IMG/VR virus record: IMGVR_UViG_2856626968_000003
Location: 1-64,000 of that record
Source of the DNA: a virus
Taxonomy: Duplodnaviria > Caudoviricetes
Reading direction: 5' to 3' (one strand)
DNA length: 64,000 bases
The first letter of the stretch is position 1; the number at the start of each line of letters is the position of its first letter. A model generated the notes under the pieces. It did not search any database, had not been told where the DNA came from, and saw nothing but the letters and a program-made list of their open reading frames with translations. The position numbers and the translations under genes were made by a program. Positions 28,388-37,985 of this stretch are shown piece after piece.

Positions 28388-30094
28388 ATGCCGCGTGACC
28401 CCCTCGCGTCCATCACCACCCACGCCACCCCGCAGACCCAGCGCATCCCCGGCCGGACCGACCAGGTCCGCAACGCCGCCGGCGGCTACGTCTACCCCAA
28501 GGACACCTGGACCCGGCTCGAGGACTTTCTCATCCTGGGCACCACCGGCGGCACCTACTACGTCGGCGAGGACAAGCTCACCGCCGAGAACGCGGGCCTG
28601 CTGTTTCAGGCCATCGCCGAGGACGGCCCGCGCGTCGTGCAGCTGCTCACCGACATCTCCACCGCGCGGCCGCCGCGCGCGCCGAAGAACCGGCCCGCGC
28701 TTTTCGCGCTGGCGGCATGTCACGCCAAGGGTGACGCGGCGACCAGGCAGGCCGCGAAGGACGCGCTGCGGAAGGTCGCCCGGACCACGGACCATCTCAG
28801 CACGTGGTTCGGCTACCTGAAGAACCTCGGGGGCAAGCAGACAAGCCGGGGTACGGCGCCCGTGGTTGGCTCCGCCCTGCGGAACGCGATCAGCGGCTGG
28901 TTCCTGGCGGCTGACGTCGACGACGTGGCGTTCCGGGCGTGCAAGGCGATGCAGCGGAAGACCCCGAACGGTGAGGCGTTCCACCTACGGGACGCCCTGC
29001 GTATCGCCCATCCCAACCGCCGTCGCGGCGCCGGGTCGCGACAGCTGCTGGACGCGCTGGACCGCCGTGTCCTGCTCGGCTGGATCACGGGCAACGTGCC
29101 TGACGACTTTGCCCGCGATGAGCTGCCTGTTGTGGACAAGTTCCTCACCGCCAAGGCCGTCACGACGCCCGAGCAGGCGGTCCGCATCGTGACCGAGGCC
29201 CGGGTGCCGTGGGAGTTCCTCCCCGACGCCATGCTGCGCGAGGCGATCGTGTGGGACGCCCTGGTGGACACGATCGGCATGACCGCCCTGCTCCGCAACC
29301 TCGCGCGGATGACCCGGCTCGGCACGCTCAAGCCGCTCGGCGACGCCACCCGGCGCGCCGTCGCCCGGCTCACCGACGCCGGCGCCGTCCACCGGGCGCG
29401 GATCCACCCCATGGACGCCTGGCTCGCCCTGCGCGTCTACGCCTCCGGCCGCTCTCAGCCCAACCCGCGTGCCGACGTCCACACCTGGAAGCCGGTCCCG
29501 GCGATCCTGGACGCCCTGGAGGAGACCTACGACCTGGCGTTCGGCACCGTCGAGCCATCCGGCAAGCGGCTGCTGGTCGCCGTCGACTCCTCCGGCTCCA
29601 TGAGCGGTACCCACTACACCATCGGCCCGGTCATCGTGGGCGGTTCGCCGATCGGCAGCCCGTACGAGGTCGGCTGCGCGATGGCCGTCACGCTCGCCCG
29701 GATCGAGAAGGGCAACGTCCACGTCATCGACGTCGACACCACCGTGCACACCTCCAAGGTGACCCCGCGGACCAACCTCCGCGAGATCGCATCCTGGCGG
29801 CCATCCGGCGGCGGCACGGACCTGTCCCTGCCCTTCGCCTACGCCCAGCGCGAGCGCCTCGAGGTCGACGGGTTCGTCGTCTTCACCGACAACGAGACCT
29901 GGGCCGGCCGTTCCCACCCCTCTCAGGCCCTGACCACCTACCGCGGCTCGATCAACGCGGGCGCCCGCACGATCGTGGCGGCGATGACCGCGACCGGCCA
30001 CAGCATCGGCGACCCGCACGACGACGGCGTGCTCAACATCGCCGGGATGGACGCCTCGCTGCCCTTGGTGGTGAACGGCTTCATCCGCGGATAG
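28388..30094 (+). CDS. rsr: Ro60 / TROVE domain RNA-binding protein with C-terminal vWA
   Basis: QVRNAAGGYVY, RLEDFLILGTTGGTYY, MTALLRNLARMT, ARIHP, AVDSSGSM, GGTDLSLP, FVVFTDNETWAG. Confidence 0.95.
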   Translation: MPRDPLASITTHATPQTQRIPGRTDQVRNAAGGYVYPKDTWTRLEDFLILGTTGGTYYVGEDKLTAENAGLLFQAIAEDGPRVVQLLTDISTARPPRAPKNRPALFALAACHAKGDAATRQAAKDALRKVARTTDHLSTWFGYLKNLGGKQTSRGTAPVVGSALRNAISGWFLAADVDDVAFRACKAMQRKTPNGEAFHLRDALRIAHPNRRRGAGSRQLLDALDRRVLLGWITGNVPDDFARDELPVVDKFLTAKAVTTPEQAVRIVTEARVPWEFLPDAMLREAIVWDALVDTIGMTALLRNLARMTRLGTLKPLGDATRRAVARLTDAGAVHRARIHPMDAWLALRVYASGRSQPNPRADVHTWKPVPAILDALEETYDLAFGTVEPSGKRLLVAVDSSGSMSGTHYTIGPVIVGGSPIGSPYEVGCAMAVTLARIEKGNVHVIDVDTTVHTSKVTPRTNLREIASWRPSGGGTDLSLPFAYAQRERLEVDGFVVFTDNETWAGRSHPSQALTTYRGSINAGARTIVAAMTATGHSIGDPHDDGVLNIAGMDASLPLVVNGFIRG

Positions 30095-30267
30095 GCTCGC
30101 CCGCAGACTCCCACTCAGGGACGACGCTCAGGGATGGGTAGACCAGCCCCGGCCCGTGGCCGCCGCGCTGGCCGGTCGCCACAACCGGGAAGTGGCTCCC
30201 TGTCGTCCCGCCCACAAAAGGTAGACCCCGGCGCCGAACCACGGCTGGGCGCCGGGCATACCCATCG

Positions 30268-31662
30268 TTAAGATGCCCGCTCCAGGACCTTCACCAGCTC
30301 CTGTACCCCGGACATGCGCGGCCGCGAGACCACGAGGTCGCCAGCGATCCGCCGAATCGTCGGCCGATCCCTTACCTCGCTCGGCGCGTGCCTGTAGGCG
30401 GACAACAGCGCACCGGCGGTCTGCTCCGGTTCGCCCTGCAACCACCACGCCACCGCGAGGTTGGTGTGCAGCCTGGCCCGACGCTCCGGTGTCGGGTACA
30501 TCTCTTCCCGCAGAGGCCTCCCGGCGTGCAGTGCCGCGCCAGGGTCGCCGAGAGCGGTGTGCAGGGTGATGTGGAAACTCTTGACGAAGGGCAAGGCTCC
30601 GGCGAGCCGTCTCGCCGCCCGTTCAGCTTCCGCGATCTGCTCGAAGGCCCGTTCCCGGTCGCCGCCACTGCACGTCGCGTACGCGGCTGCACACATCAGC
30701 CGCACGTACACGTCCGCCTCGCGGGCCGTGCGCAACCCGAGCGCGTCCAACCGGCCGGCGGCACGCATCAGGGTTTGCGCGGCGAGTTCGTTGCGTCCGA
30801 AGCCGCGGAGCATCATGCCCATGGCGCGAGCGGAGGCGGCCATCGCGACCGCGTCACCGGAACGCTGCGCGTAGATCACTCCCCGGTCTGCGGTGATCGT
30901 CGCGGAGTCCTTTTTGCCGACCTTGTTCAACACGTCCGTCGAAAGGTTGTAGCAGGAGGCCAGCACTGCCCACCCTTCCTGCGTGTCGGCCTTTTCCGCG
31001 CACGCCTTGGCCATGGCGAGCAGACCGGGCAGCCCTGCCACAAGCGTGGGTAGGGCGCTCACGTCGTACTGGCGGCGCGCCTCCTGAAGCCGCTGGCGAA
31101 CATCGGAGAGCCCTTCCGCCCGTTCGGGCTCGGCGGGCAGGGCGAGGGCGTCGTCGAACCGTTGAAGCAGGCTCCACGGGATGCTCAGCCCTGCCGCGGC
31201 GAGCAGTGTCCGTCGTCGCATCGGATCGTCCCCCTCGATCTCGCGGTCCCGGGTCACTGTAGTCGCGCGGCGACGCCCGGCAGAGGGTCTGCGCGCGGGT
31301 GTCGCCCACGGGTTGGATGGGAGCCCCAACTCCTTGGGGGACACGCCGTAGACCTTGGCCAGCGCCGCGGCGTGTTCGTCGTTAGGCGTCACCTCGCCGT
31401 GCTCCCACCGGCACAACTGCGCCGAGTTCACCCCAGGCGCCGGCAGCCCCTCGGCTTCGTACAGCCGGGCGATCTCGGCGAGCACCTGGGGCCTGGACCA
31501 GCCGTTGGCCAGTCGGCGCACCTCCAACGGCAGCAGATCAGGAATCTCCCGGCGGATCGCCTCCGCCACCAGTGCGACGTCCTCACCGCGGCGTTGGCGA
31601 GCGATGCGGATCTCCTGGGCGCGGCGTTGCAACTCCGCGCGTCGTGCTCGGCTCATGGCCAT
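30268..31662 (-). CDS. XRE-family HTH regulator with long helical C-terminus
   Basis: RRLANGWSRPQV...QLCRWEHGEVTP...LAKVYG; DPMRRRTLL; AYRHAPSEVRDRP. Confidence 0.85.
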   Translation of the reverse strand: MAMSRARRAELQRRAQEIRIARQRRGEDVALVAEAIRREIPDLLPLEVRRLANGWSRPQVLAEIARLYEAEGLPAPGVNSAQLCRWEHGEVTPNDEHAAALAKVYGVSPKELGLPSNPWATPARRPSAGRRRATTVTRDREIEGDDPMRRRTLLAAAGLSIPWSLLQRFDDALALPAEPERAEGLSDVRQRLQEARRQYDVSALPTLVAGLPGLLAMAKACAEKADTQEGWAVLASCYNLSTDVLNKVGKKDSATITADRGVIYAQRSGDAVAMAASARAMGMMLRGFGRNELAAQTLMRAAGRLDALGLRTAREADVYVRLMCAAAYATCSGGDRERAFEQIAEAERAARRLAGALPFVKSFHITLHTALGDPGAALHAGRPLREEMYPTPERRARLHTNLAVAWWLQGEPEQTAGALLSAYRHAPSEVRDRPTIRRIAGDLVVSRPRMSGVQELVKVLERAS

Positions 31663-31830
31663 CGTGGACCTCCGGCGCGAACAACCCCTGTGCCGACAGT
31701 AGCGCCACCACCACCGCCCGCACATTGCCGTGGGCGGCAATGTCGGTGCGCGTGGCATTGATGGCCGCCCGGTCACCCGCGACCGTATGCGCACAAGCAG
31801 CCGTACGACCACCCGAAAGGGGAACCCATC

Positions 31831-32937
31831 GTGCACCGGATCGTGCTCACCTGGCTGTCCACCGCTCGCGGGGGCGCCGAGAAGTCCGTGGTCGAACTCG
31901 CCGACCATCTGGCCCGTTTCGGGCTCGGGGTCGACGTCATCTGGTGGCGTCAAGGCGGCCCGCCCTGCCCTGCGCCCGGCGACGGCGTCCGGGTCCTGGA
32001 GGCCTGCGACATCCACACCTACCGCCGACACCTGGCCACGGCGCTCGGTGACGGCGCGGGCGCCGTGCTGATCTCCACCCAGCGCACCGTGACGGTCGAC
32101 CTGCTGCACCGCGGGGCCGCGCCGGTGCTGTCGGTGGTGCACGGCATCATCCAGCCCGACCACCCGCTGCGCGCCACCGACCCGGCGAGCGGAGAGCTGG
32201 TGGAGTACCCGCCGGACGCGTGGATGAGCGCGGATCTGCGCGCGGTGGACTGCTGGGTCGGCATCAGCTCGGCCTCGGCCGCCTCGATCCGCGGCGTGCT
32301 GCCGGCGGCGCGGGTGGAGACCATCTTCAACGGCGTCACCGTGCCCGAGCGTCTCCCGCAGCGGCCGCCGCGCGGCAGCGTGCTACGGGTCGCCGCGGTG
32401 GCGCGTGCGGTGCCCTGGAAGCGGCTGGAGGACATCATCCGCGCGGCTGCGCACCCCAGCCTCACCGGAGGGGTCCACCTGGACCTCTACGGCCAGGTCG
32501 ATGCGTCCACGCTGGAGGCTCTGGCCTGCGAGCAGGGCCTATCGGCCACCTTCCACGGCTGGGTGGAGGACCTGCCGCACCGCCTGGCCGGCGCTGACAT
32601 TCTGGTCGGCGCGGCCCTGGTGGAGGGGTTCGGCCGGTGCGCCATCGACGCCGCTGGGGTAGGTACCCCGGCCATCCTGCCGCGCGCCGGCGCGGGCCCG
32701 GAGGTGGTACTGGACGGGCTCACTGGCATCCTGTACGACCCGCACACCCCGGGCGCCCTGGTGGCCGCGCTGCGCCGCGCCGTGCAGGCCGATCCCGCCG
32801 AGCTGGATGCCATGGGCCGTGCCGCCCGTGCGCGGGCCCGCGCCTGGTTCAGCCCGCAGCGGTGCGCCGTCCAGTACCTGGACCTGGCCCACGAGCTGCT
32901 CGCCAGGCACCGGCACCTCACCGGGGCTGCCGCATGA
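31831..32937 (+). CDS. Glycosyltransferase family 4 (GT-B)
   Basis: GGAEKSV, IFNGV, WKRLE, EGFGRCAIDA, EVVLDGLTG. Confidence 0.9.
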   Translation: MHRIVLTWLSTARGGAEKSVVELADHLARFGLGVDVIWWRQGGPPCPAPGDGVRVLEACDIHTYRRHLATALGDGAGAVLISTQRTVTVDLLHRGAAPVLSVVHGIIQPDHPLRATDPASGELVEYPPDAWMSADLRAVDCWVGISSASAASIRGVLPAARVETIFNGVTVPERLPQRPPRGSVLRVAAVARAVPWKRLEDIIRAAAHPSLTGGVHLDLYGQVDASTLEALACEQGLSATFHGWVEDLPHRLAGADILVGAALVEGFGRCAIDAAGVGTPAILPRAGAGPEVVLDGLTGILYDPHTPGALVAALRRAVQADPAELDAMGRAARARARAWFSPQRCAVQYLDLAHELLARHRHLTGAAA

Positions 32938-33680
32938 CCCGGGTGCCTGTGCTCGGTGACATCGTCCCGCTGGCAGACGACGCTCTCCTCGCGGCCTGGG
33001 GTGTGGCCCGCGCGCTGGAGCGGCGGCCTCTGGACCGTCTGGGGGACTTCGTCGGTGAGGCGTTCGCCGCTGCCCGTGCCGTCGTCCCCGGCCCTTTGGT
33101 GCACCCGACCGCCGTGATCTCCCCGCTGGCCAACATCGGCCCAGACGTGGTGATCGGACCGGGCTGCGTGGTGCACGAGTTCTCCACCGTCCGCGGGCAC
33201 AGTGTCCTGTCGGCCGGTGTGCACGTCGGCTTCGGCTGCGAGGTCACCAACGCGGTGATCGGCCGCGGTACCCGGCTCGCCCATCAGGTCTGCCTCGGCT
33301 ACAGCGTCGTCGGCCAGGACGTCCACTTCACCGCGGCGCTCACGGTGGCCTCCACCCACCTGTGGAACCCCGATATGGCCTGCCCCACCCGCCCGATCGT
33401 CATCCGCCTGACCGGTGGCGAGCTGTGCGTGACCGGGCTAGCGAAACTGGGCGCCCTCATCGGTGACCGGGCCCGTATCGGCATGCACGCCGCCCTGGGG
33501 CCCGGCCTGATCCTCGGCGCCGACACCGTGGTGTACCCCGGCGTGACGGCCGCCGCCACGAGCGTCCCTGCCGGGCACATCATCCGCCCCGCCTCCACCA
33601 CCGTGGCGGTGCTCCCCCGCCACCAGCCCCTGACCTCCGCTCTGGCCTCGATCCCCTCCCAGGAAGGACCCCGACCATGA
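32934..33680 (+). CDS. Hexapeptide-repeat (left-handed beta-helix) acyltransferase, GlmU/LpxD-like
   Basis: VHPTAVISPLANIGPDVVIGPGCVV, KLGALIGDRARIG. Confidence 0.85.
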   Translation: MTRVPVLGDIVPLADDALLAAWGVARALERRPLDRLGDFVGEAFAAARAVVPGPLVHPTAVISPLANIGPDVVIGPGCVVHEFSTVRGHSVLSAGVHVGFGCEVTNAVIGRGTRLAHQVCLGYSVVGQDVHFTAALTVASTHLWNPDMACPTRPIVIRLTGGELCVTGLAKLGALIGDRARIGMHAALGPGLILGADTVVYPGVTAAATSVPAGHIIRPASTTVAVLPRHQPLTSALASIPSQEGPRP

Positions 33681-34414
33681 AGTACACCGCGCAGCGCCAC
33701 CAGCTCCTCCACCTGGCCGAGCAGCTCCAGCGCTGGGACCTGCTCAACCCCTCCGGTGGCGCGCTCAGCATGCGCCTGGACGACGGCAACATCCTCATGT
33801 CCACCGCCGGGTCGGCCTTCCACCGCTGGAACATCGGAGTACGCGACTTCATCGCCTTGACCCCCGGCGGACAGATCGTCGACCGCACCGGCGGGCTGGG
33901 CGCCGCGGCGACCACCACACACCTGGCCATCTACCGGCGTTTCCCCGCCGCCGGGGCCTGCCTGCACGCCCACACCCCCTACGCGCTGGCGTTCGCCTCG
34001 CTCGGCATCGCCGTACCGGCCGTCACCAACCGGCTGGACATCCTCGGCGAGGTCCCGTGCCTGGCCGCCGACGACACCAGCGTCAAACGCGGCTTCATCG
34101 CCGACCCCGTGCCGCTGGACCTGCCCGAGGGCATGACACCGCGCGCCGAGGCGGCCGCGGTGAACCTTCTGCACATCGAACCCCAGATCGAACGGGTGTT
34201 GGGGGCGCGGGAGAGCGAGCTGGCCCACCACGGGCTGGCGTTCCTGCTCTACCGGCACGGGGTCTTCGTCTTCGCCCGCACCGGCGAGGAGGCGTTCGAC
34301 AACCTCGCCCGCGTCGAGGAGGCCGCGCGCACCGCCCTGCTGCAGGCCGTGCTCGGCGGCGGCCGCGACGGCATCCACCTCAACCCGCTGTTCCCCGCCG
34401 CGCCGGCCGCCTGA
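33677..34414 (+). CDS. Class II aldolase/adducin-family metalloenzyme
   Basis: GGALSMR, HLAIYR, CLHAHTPYA, LLYRHGVF. Confidence 0.9.
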   Translation: MKYTAQRHQLLHLAEQLQRWDLLNPSGGALSMRLDDGNILMSTAGSAFHRWNIGVRDFIALTPGGQIVDRTGGLGAAATTTHLAIYRRFPAAGACLHAHTPYALAFASLGIAVPAVTNRLDILGEVPCLAADDTSVKRGFIADPVPLDLPEGMTPRAEAAAVNLLHIEPQIERVLGARESELAHHGLAFLLYRHGVFVFARTGEEAFDNLARVEEAARTALLQAVLGGGRDGIHLNPLFPAAPAA

Positions 34415-34438
34415 ACCGCTATCCTCCGAAACTCCACC

Positions 34439-34475
34439 CGGTGGGGGCCGCACAGCATTCGTGCGGCCCCCACCG
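34439..34475 (+). terminator. Intergenic hairpin
   Basis: CGGTGGGGGCCGCAC/GTGCGGCCCCCACCG perfect 15-bp stem. Confidence 0.55.
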
Positions 34476-34587
34476 CCGTGTCTCCCTCGACCCCAGGCAC
34501 ACCGAGGTAAGACAGTGCGCTCCTGCACCCGCACACTCCGACGATGGAAGTGAGACACGCGTGAATCTCCAAGGCGGCCCCCAGGTC

Positions 34588-35910
34588 ATGTCCTCCGACC
34601 GCCACCGCTACGCCATCACGGGCCGCCGGCCCCTGTCCGGCGCGGTCGAGGTCGCCGGCGCCAAGAACGCCGTCACCAAACTGCTGGTCGCGACGCTGCT
34701 CACCGAGGACCCCTGCACCATCTCCGGCGTCCCCAAGATCGCCGAAGTCGGGATCGTGCTGGGCATGCTCGCCGACCTCGGCACCGGCATCGAATGGGTC
34801 GACGACCGCACCGTGCGCCTGACCACCCGCCACATCGCCACCGCATCGCTGTCGGAGGCCTACTCCGGGGTCAACCGCATCCCCATCTTGATGATGGGAC
34901 CGCTGCTGCACCGCGCCGGGGAGACCACCATCCCGCTGCCCGGCGGGTGCCGCATCGGCAAACGCCCCATCGACTTCCACCTGGCCGGGCTGCGCGCCAT
35001 GGGCGCACAGATCACCGAGCAGCCCCGCTCGGTGTCGGTCAAGGTCGCCGCCGACGGACTGCGCGCCGCGCACATCACCCTGCCCTACCCCTCGGTCGGC
35101 GCCACCGAGAACCTCCTGTTGTCGGCGGTCCTGGCCCGCGGCACCACGATCATCGACAACGCCGCCGTCGAACCGGAGATCATGGACCTGATCCTGATGC
35201 TCCAGCAGATGGGCGCCCTGGTGTCGGTCGAGGTCGACCGGCGCATCGTCATCGAAGGAGTACCACGCCTGCGCGGCGCGTCCCACCGGCCGCTGCCCGA
35301 CCGGATCGAGGTCGCCTCCTTCGCCGCCGCCGCCGTCGCCACCGGCGGCCGGATCGAGGTCATCGGCGCCGTCCAGGAGCACGTGGCCACCTTCCTGAAC
35401 TACCTGCGCAAAGTCGGCGGCGAGTTCGAGGTGACCAGCCGCGGCCTGGCGTTCTACCAGGCCCGGGAACTGACCCCCGTGCCCGTGCAGACCGACGTCC
35501 ACCCCGGGTACATGACCGACTGGCAGCAACCCCTGGTCGTCCTGCTCACCCAGGCATCCGGCGCCTCGGTCATCCACGAGACGGTGTATGAGAACCGGTT
35601 CGGCTACGCCGAGCAGCTCAACGCGATGGGCGCCGGCATCGCCCTCAGCACCGCCTGCCTTGGCGGCAAGGCCTGCCGTTTCGCACTGCGGGACTTCCAG
35701 CACTCCGCCGTCGTCATAGGCCCCACCCCGCTGCGCGCCGGCCCCTTGGAGATCCCGGACCTACGCGCCGGATTCGCCTACATCATGGCCGCGCTGATCG
35801 CTGACGGCACCAGCGTGATCACCGGCACCCGCTACCTCGAACGTGGATATGAGGATCCCGCCGGTAAACTCCGATCTGTCGGCGCGGCCATCGAGACCAT
35901 CCCGGTATGA
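34588..35910 (+). CDS. murA: UDP-N-acetylglucosamine enolpyruvyl transferase (MurA family)
   Basis: GAKNA, LPGGCRIGKRPIDFH (active Cys), PSVGATEN, DRIE, PGYMTD, ETVYENRF, DLRAG, ERGYE. Confidence 0.92.
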   Translation: MSSDRHRYAITGRRPLSGAVEVAGAKNAVTKLLVATLLTEDPCTISGVPKIAEVGIVLGMLADLGTGIEWVDDRTVRLTTRHIATASLSEAYSGVNRIPILMMGPLLHRAGETTIPLPGGCRIGKRPIDFHLAGLRAMGAQITEQPRSVSVKVAADGLRAAHITLPYPSVGATENLLLSAVLARGTTIIDNAAVEPEIMDLILMLQQMGALVSVEVDRRIVIEGVPRLRGASHRPLPDRIEVASFAAAAVATGGRIEVIGAVQEHVATFLNYLRKVGGEFEVTSRGLAFYQARELTPVPVQTDVHPGYMTDWQQPLVVLLTQASGASVIHETVYENRFGYAEQLNAMGAGIALSTACLGGKACRFALRDFQHSAVVIGPTPLRAGPLEIPDLRAGFAYIMAALIADGTSVITGTRYLERGYEDPAGKLRSVGAAIETIPV

Positions 35911-35917
35911 CCGCCGG

Positions 35918-36397
35918 TCACCCCGCCGGGTACCCGTCCTCCAGATAGCACGCGCCACCGGCCAGGCAGCGTAGAGACGCACGCACCCGCCGAGCCAACT
36001 CCGGCGGCAGCAGAACCTCGGCCTCCTCCGGCCCAGCGAACACGAACCGATCGAGCTCGCTGGGCTGAAGCCGAATCCCACCGGCCTCGCCCGCGGTGAG
36101 CACCCCGCCGTCGAAGACGAACATCAGCCCGCCGTCCCACGGCGGCCGCGGCGGAACCCAGTCCACGCACAGCATGTCCCCCAACTGCGCAACGATGCCC
36201 AGCTCCTCCTTGACCTCCCGCACGCACGCGGCCCGAGGCGACTCTCCGGCCTCCAGCATGCCGCCCGGGATGTCCCAGCGGGGCTTGTAGGTCGGACGCA
36301 CCAGGAGAACCCGACCCACCTCATCACGGATGAGCGCGCCCGCAGCGGCACGCACGCGCACCAGGTCAGCGATGTACGACGGATCCGGGGTACCCAT
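35918..36397 (-). CDS. NUDIX hydrolase
   Basis: Nudix box PGGMLEAGESPRAACVREVKEELG. Confidence 0.93.
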   Translation of the reverse strand: MGTPDPSYIADLVRVRAAAGALIRDEVGRVLLVRPTYKPRWDIPGGMLEAGESPRAACVREVKEELGIVAQLGDMLCVDWVPPRPPWDGGLMFVFDGGVLTAGEAGGIRLQPSELDRFVFAGPEEAEVLLPPELARRVRASLRCLAGGACYLEDGYPAG

Positions 36398-36616
36398 GTG
36401 ATCACCGTAGAGCCAGACCGGGGCGGCGCGTCACCGGCTCGCCACCAAGTCACCGCGAACGGCAGCCGCATCATCACCGGGCAACCAGTAGCCGCTGCCC
36501 ATGGGGGCAGTCGCAGCTCGGGCCAACAACCGCCAGACAGGGTTCGTGCCAGGAGACCGGACCGGAACTGATCCAGCGACACTCCACAGCCGCGATTTCC
36601 TGGGACAATGGTCGTA

Positions 36617-36817
36617 ATGGAATCCCCACTCGCCCCGATCCTCGCCCACCCGCGGCTGCCCGTGCAGCTGTACCGCGGGTGCCGCCCCGGCGAGCTTCAC
36701 CTCCTGGCGCTCGCCGTGCCCATCACAGGCGACGATTGCGAAGATCTCGGCGCCTGGCTCGCCGAGCACGGCCGCGCGCTCACCCGCGCGCACCTCGCGC
36801 TGGCGGCCTCGGAATGA
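36617..36817 (+). CDS. Small hypothetical protein
   Basis: Short GC3-rich ORF. Confidence 0.35.
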   Translation: MESPLAPILAHPRLPVQLYRGCRPGELHLLALAVPITGDDCEDLGAWLAEHGRALTRAHLALAASE

Positions 36818-36959
36818 CCGCCCTCCGCCGGCGACATCGCGCCCGCTGACCCTCCACATGGGTGCGGCTCCCCGCCGTCACACGAGGAGCCGCCCAACCC
36901 ATCCGCCGCACGACAGCAAGATCACGGTCTCCCAGCATGCTACCCGGGGGGAGACCAAC

Positions 36960-37874
36960 ATGCCTTATGACGTGCACAGCGACCCGAACGCCGACGACGG
37001 CCACTGGCGCACCGGAGACCTCGCCGAGTGCGCCCGCGGCGACCAATGCACCGCCCCCCGCCTCCTACCGGTCGCCGGCGGCACCGTGCGACTCGCGCCC
37101 GCCCTCGCTCCCCGCGCGTTCTGCGCCGCTGACGAAGCCGTCATCGCCACCGCGCTGGCCACCCTCCCCGCCCGCTGGCACGACGTCCACGCCGAGCTCG
37201 GCACCAAAGGCCGCGCCGCCGGGCCGAAGGTCGCCATCTCCAAGACCGCGCCGCTCCCGCTGTCCGAGACCGCCGACGAGCTGCTCCGCGACATCGTCAC
37301 CATCCTCACCTCCTGGGAGGAACGCGTCGCCGCGGTGGCCCGCCTCGCCATCGATGCCACCGCCGCCCGCCGGCGCCGCGACCACGTCGCCGTCAAGGCC
37401 GCCGCCCGCACACTGACCGGCCACCTCGCCGTGCTCCTGGCGCTGCCCGCCGAGCCCATGACCCGCATCATGTCCCTCGCCCACGCCGCGACCCTCCCGA
37501 CCGGCACCACCGGAGTGGTCCGCGAAGCGGCCGGGTACGCCGAGGCCAACCTGGAGCTGTCCGGCGCCGACGCCGGCCTCGAGGTCCTGACGCTGCACCG
37601 CCGCTGCCGCCGCCTGCTCGGCGAAACCGCGCCGGCCCCGCGCCTGCTCGACGGCGTGGCGTGCAGGACCTGCGACTTCACCGAGCTCCGCGAGGTCCTC
37701 GACGACGACGGCGTCTTCGCCGGCGCCCGCTGCTACGAGTGCGGCGCCGAGTACACCACCACCAGCTACACCGAGCTCGTCGACGAGCGGAAGCGCGCCG
37801 CCGCGGAGGCGGGCTACCGGCGCCGCGGTGTCCACGGCGCCTCCAACGACGACGTGTCCGCGCGCCGGGCGTGA
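36960..37874 (+). CDS. Zn-ribbon phage protein, probable late transcription regulator
   Basis: GGAG RBS; CARGDQC, CRTC...CYECG; position ahead of the late genes. Confidence 0.6.
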   Translation: MPYDVHSDPNADDGHWRTGDLAECARGDQCTAPRLLPVAGGTVRLAPALAPRAFCAADEAVIATALATLPARWHDVHAELGTKGRAAGPKVAISKTAPLPLSETADELLRDIVTILTSWEERVAAVARLAIDATAARRRRDHVAVKAAARTLTGHLAVLLALPAEPMTRIMSLAHAATLPTGTTGVVREAAGYAEANLELSGADAGLEVLTLHRRCRRLLGETAPAPRLLDGVACRTCDFTELREVLDDDGVFAGARCYECGAEYTTTSYTELVDERKRAAAEAGYRRRGVHGASNDDVSARRA

Positions 37875-37985
37875 CCTGGGCTCGCCCCCAGTTGATCAAC
37901 GGGTGTGCAGTGTGCAACACTTCCCGCAGCGGACAAGCTATGCCCTCCCACCACGTGGAGGGCATTTTGCGTTCGGGGGGTGCCC

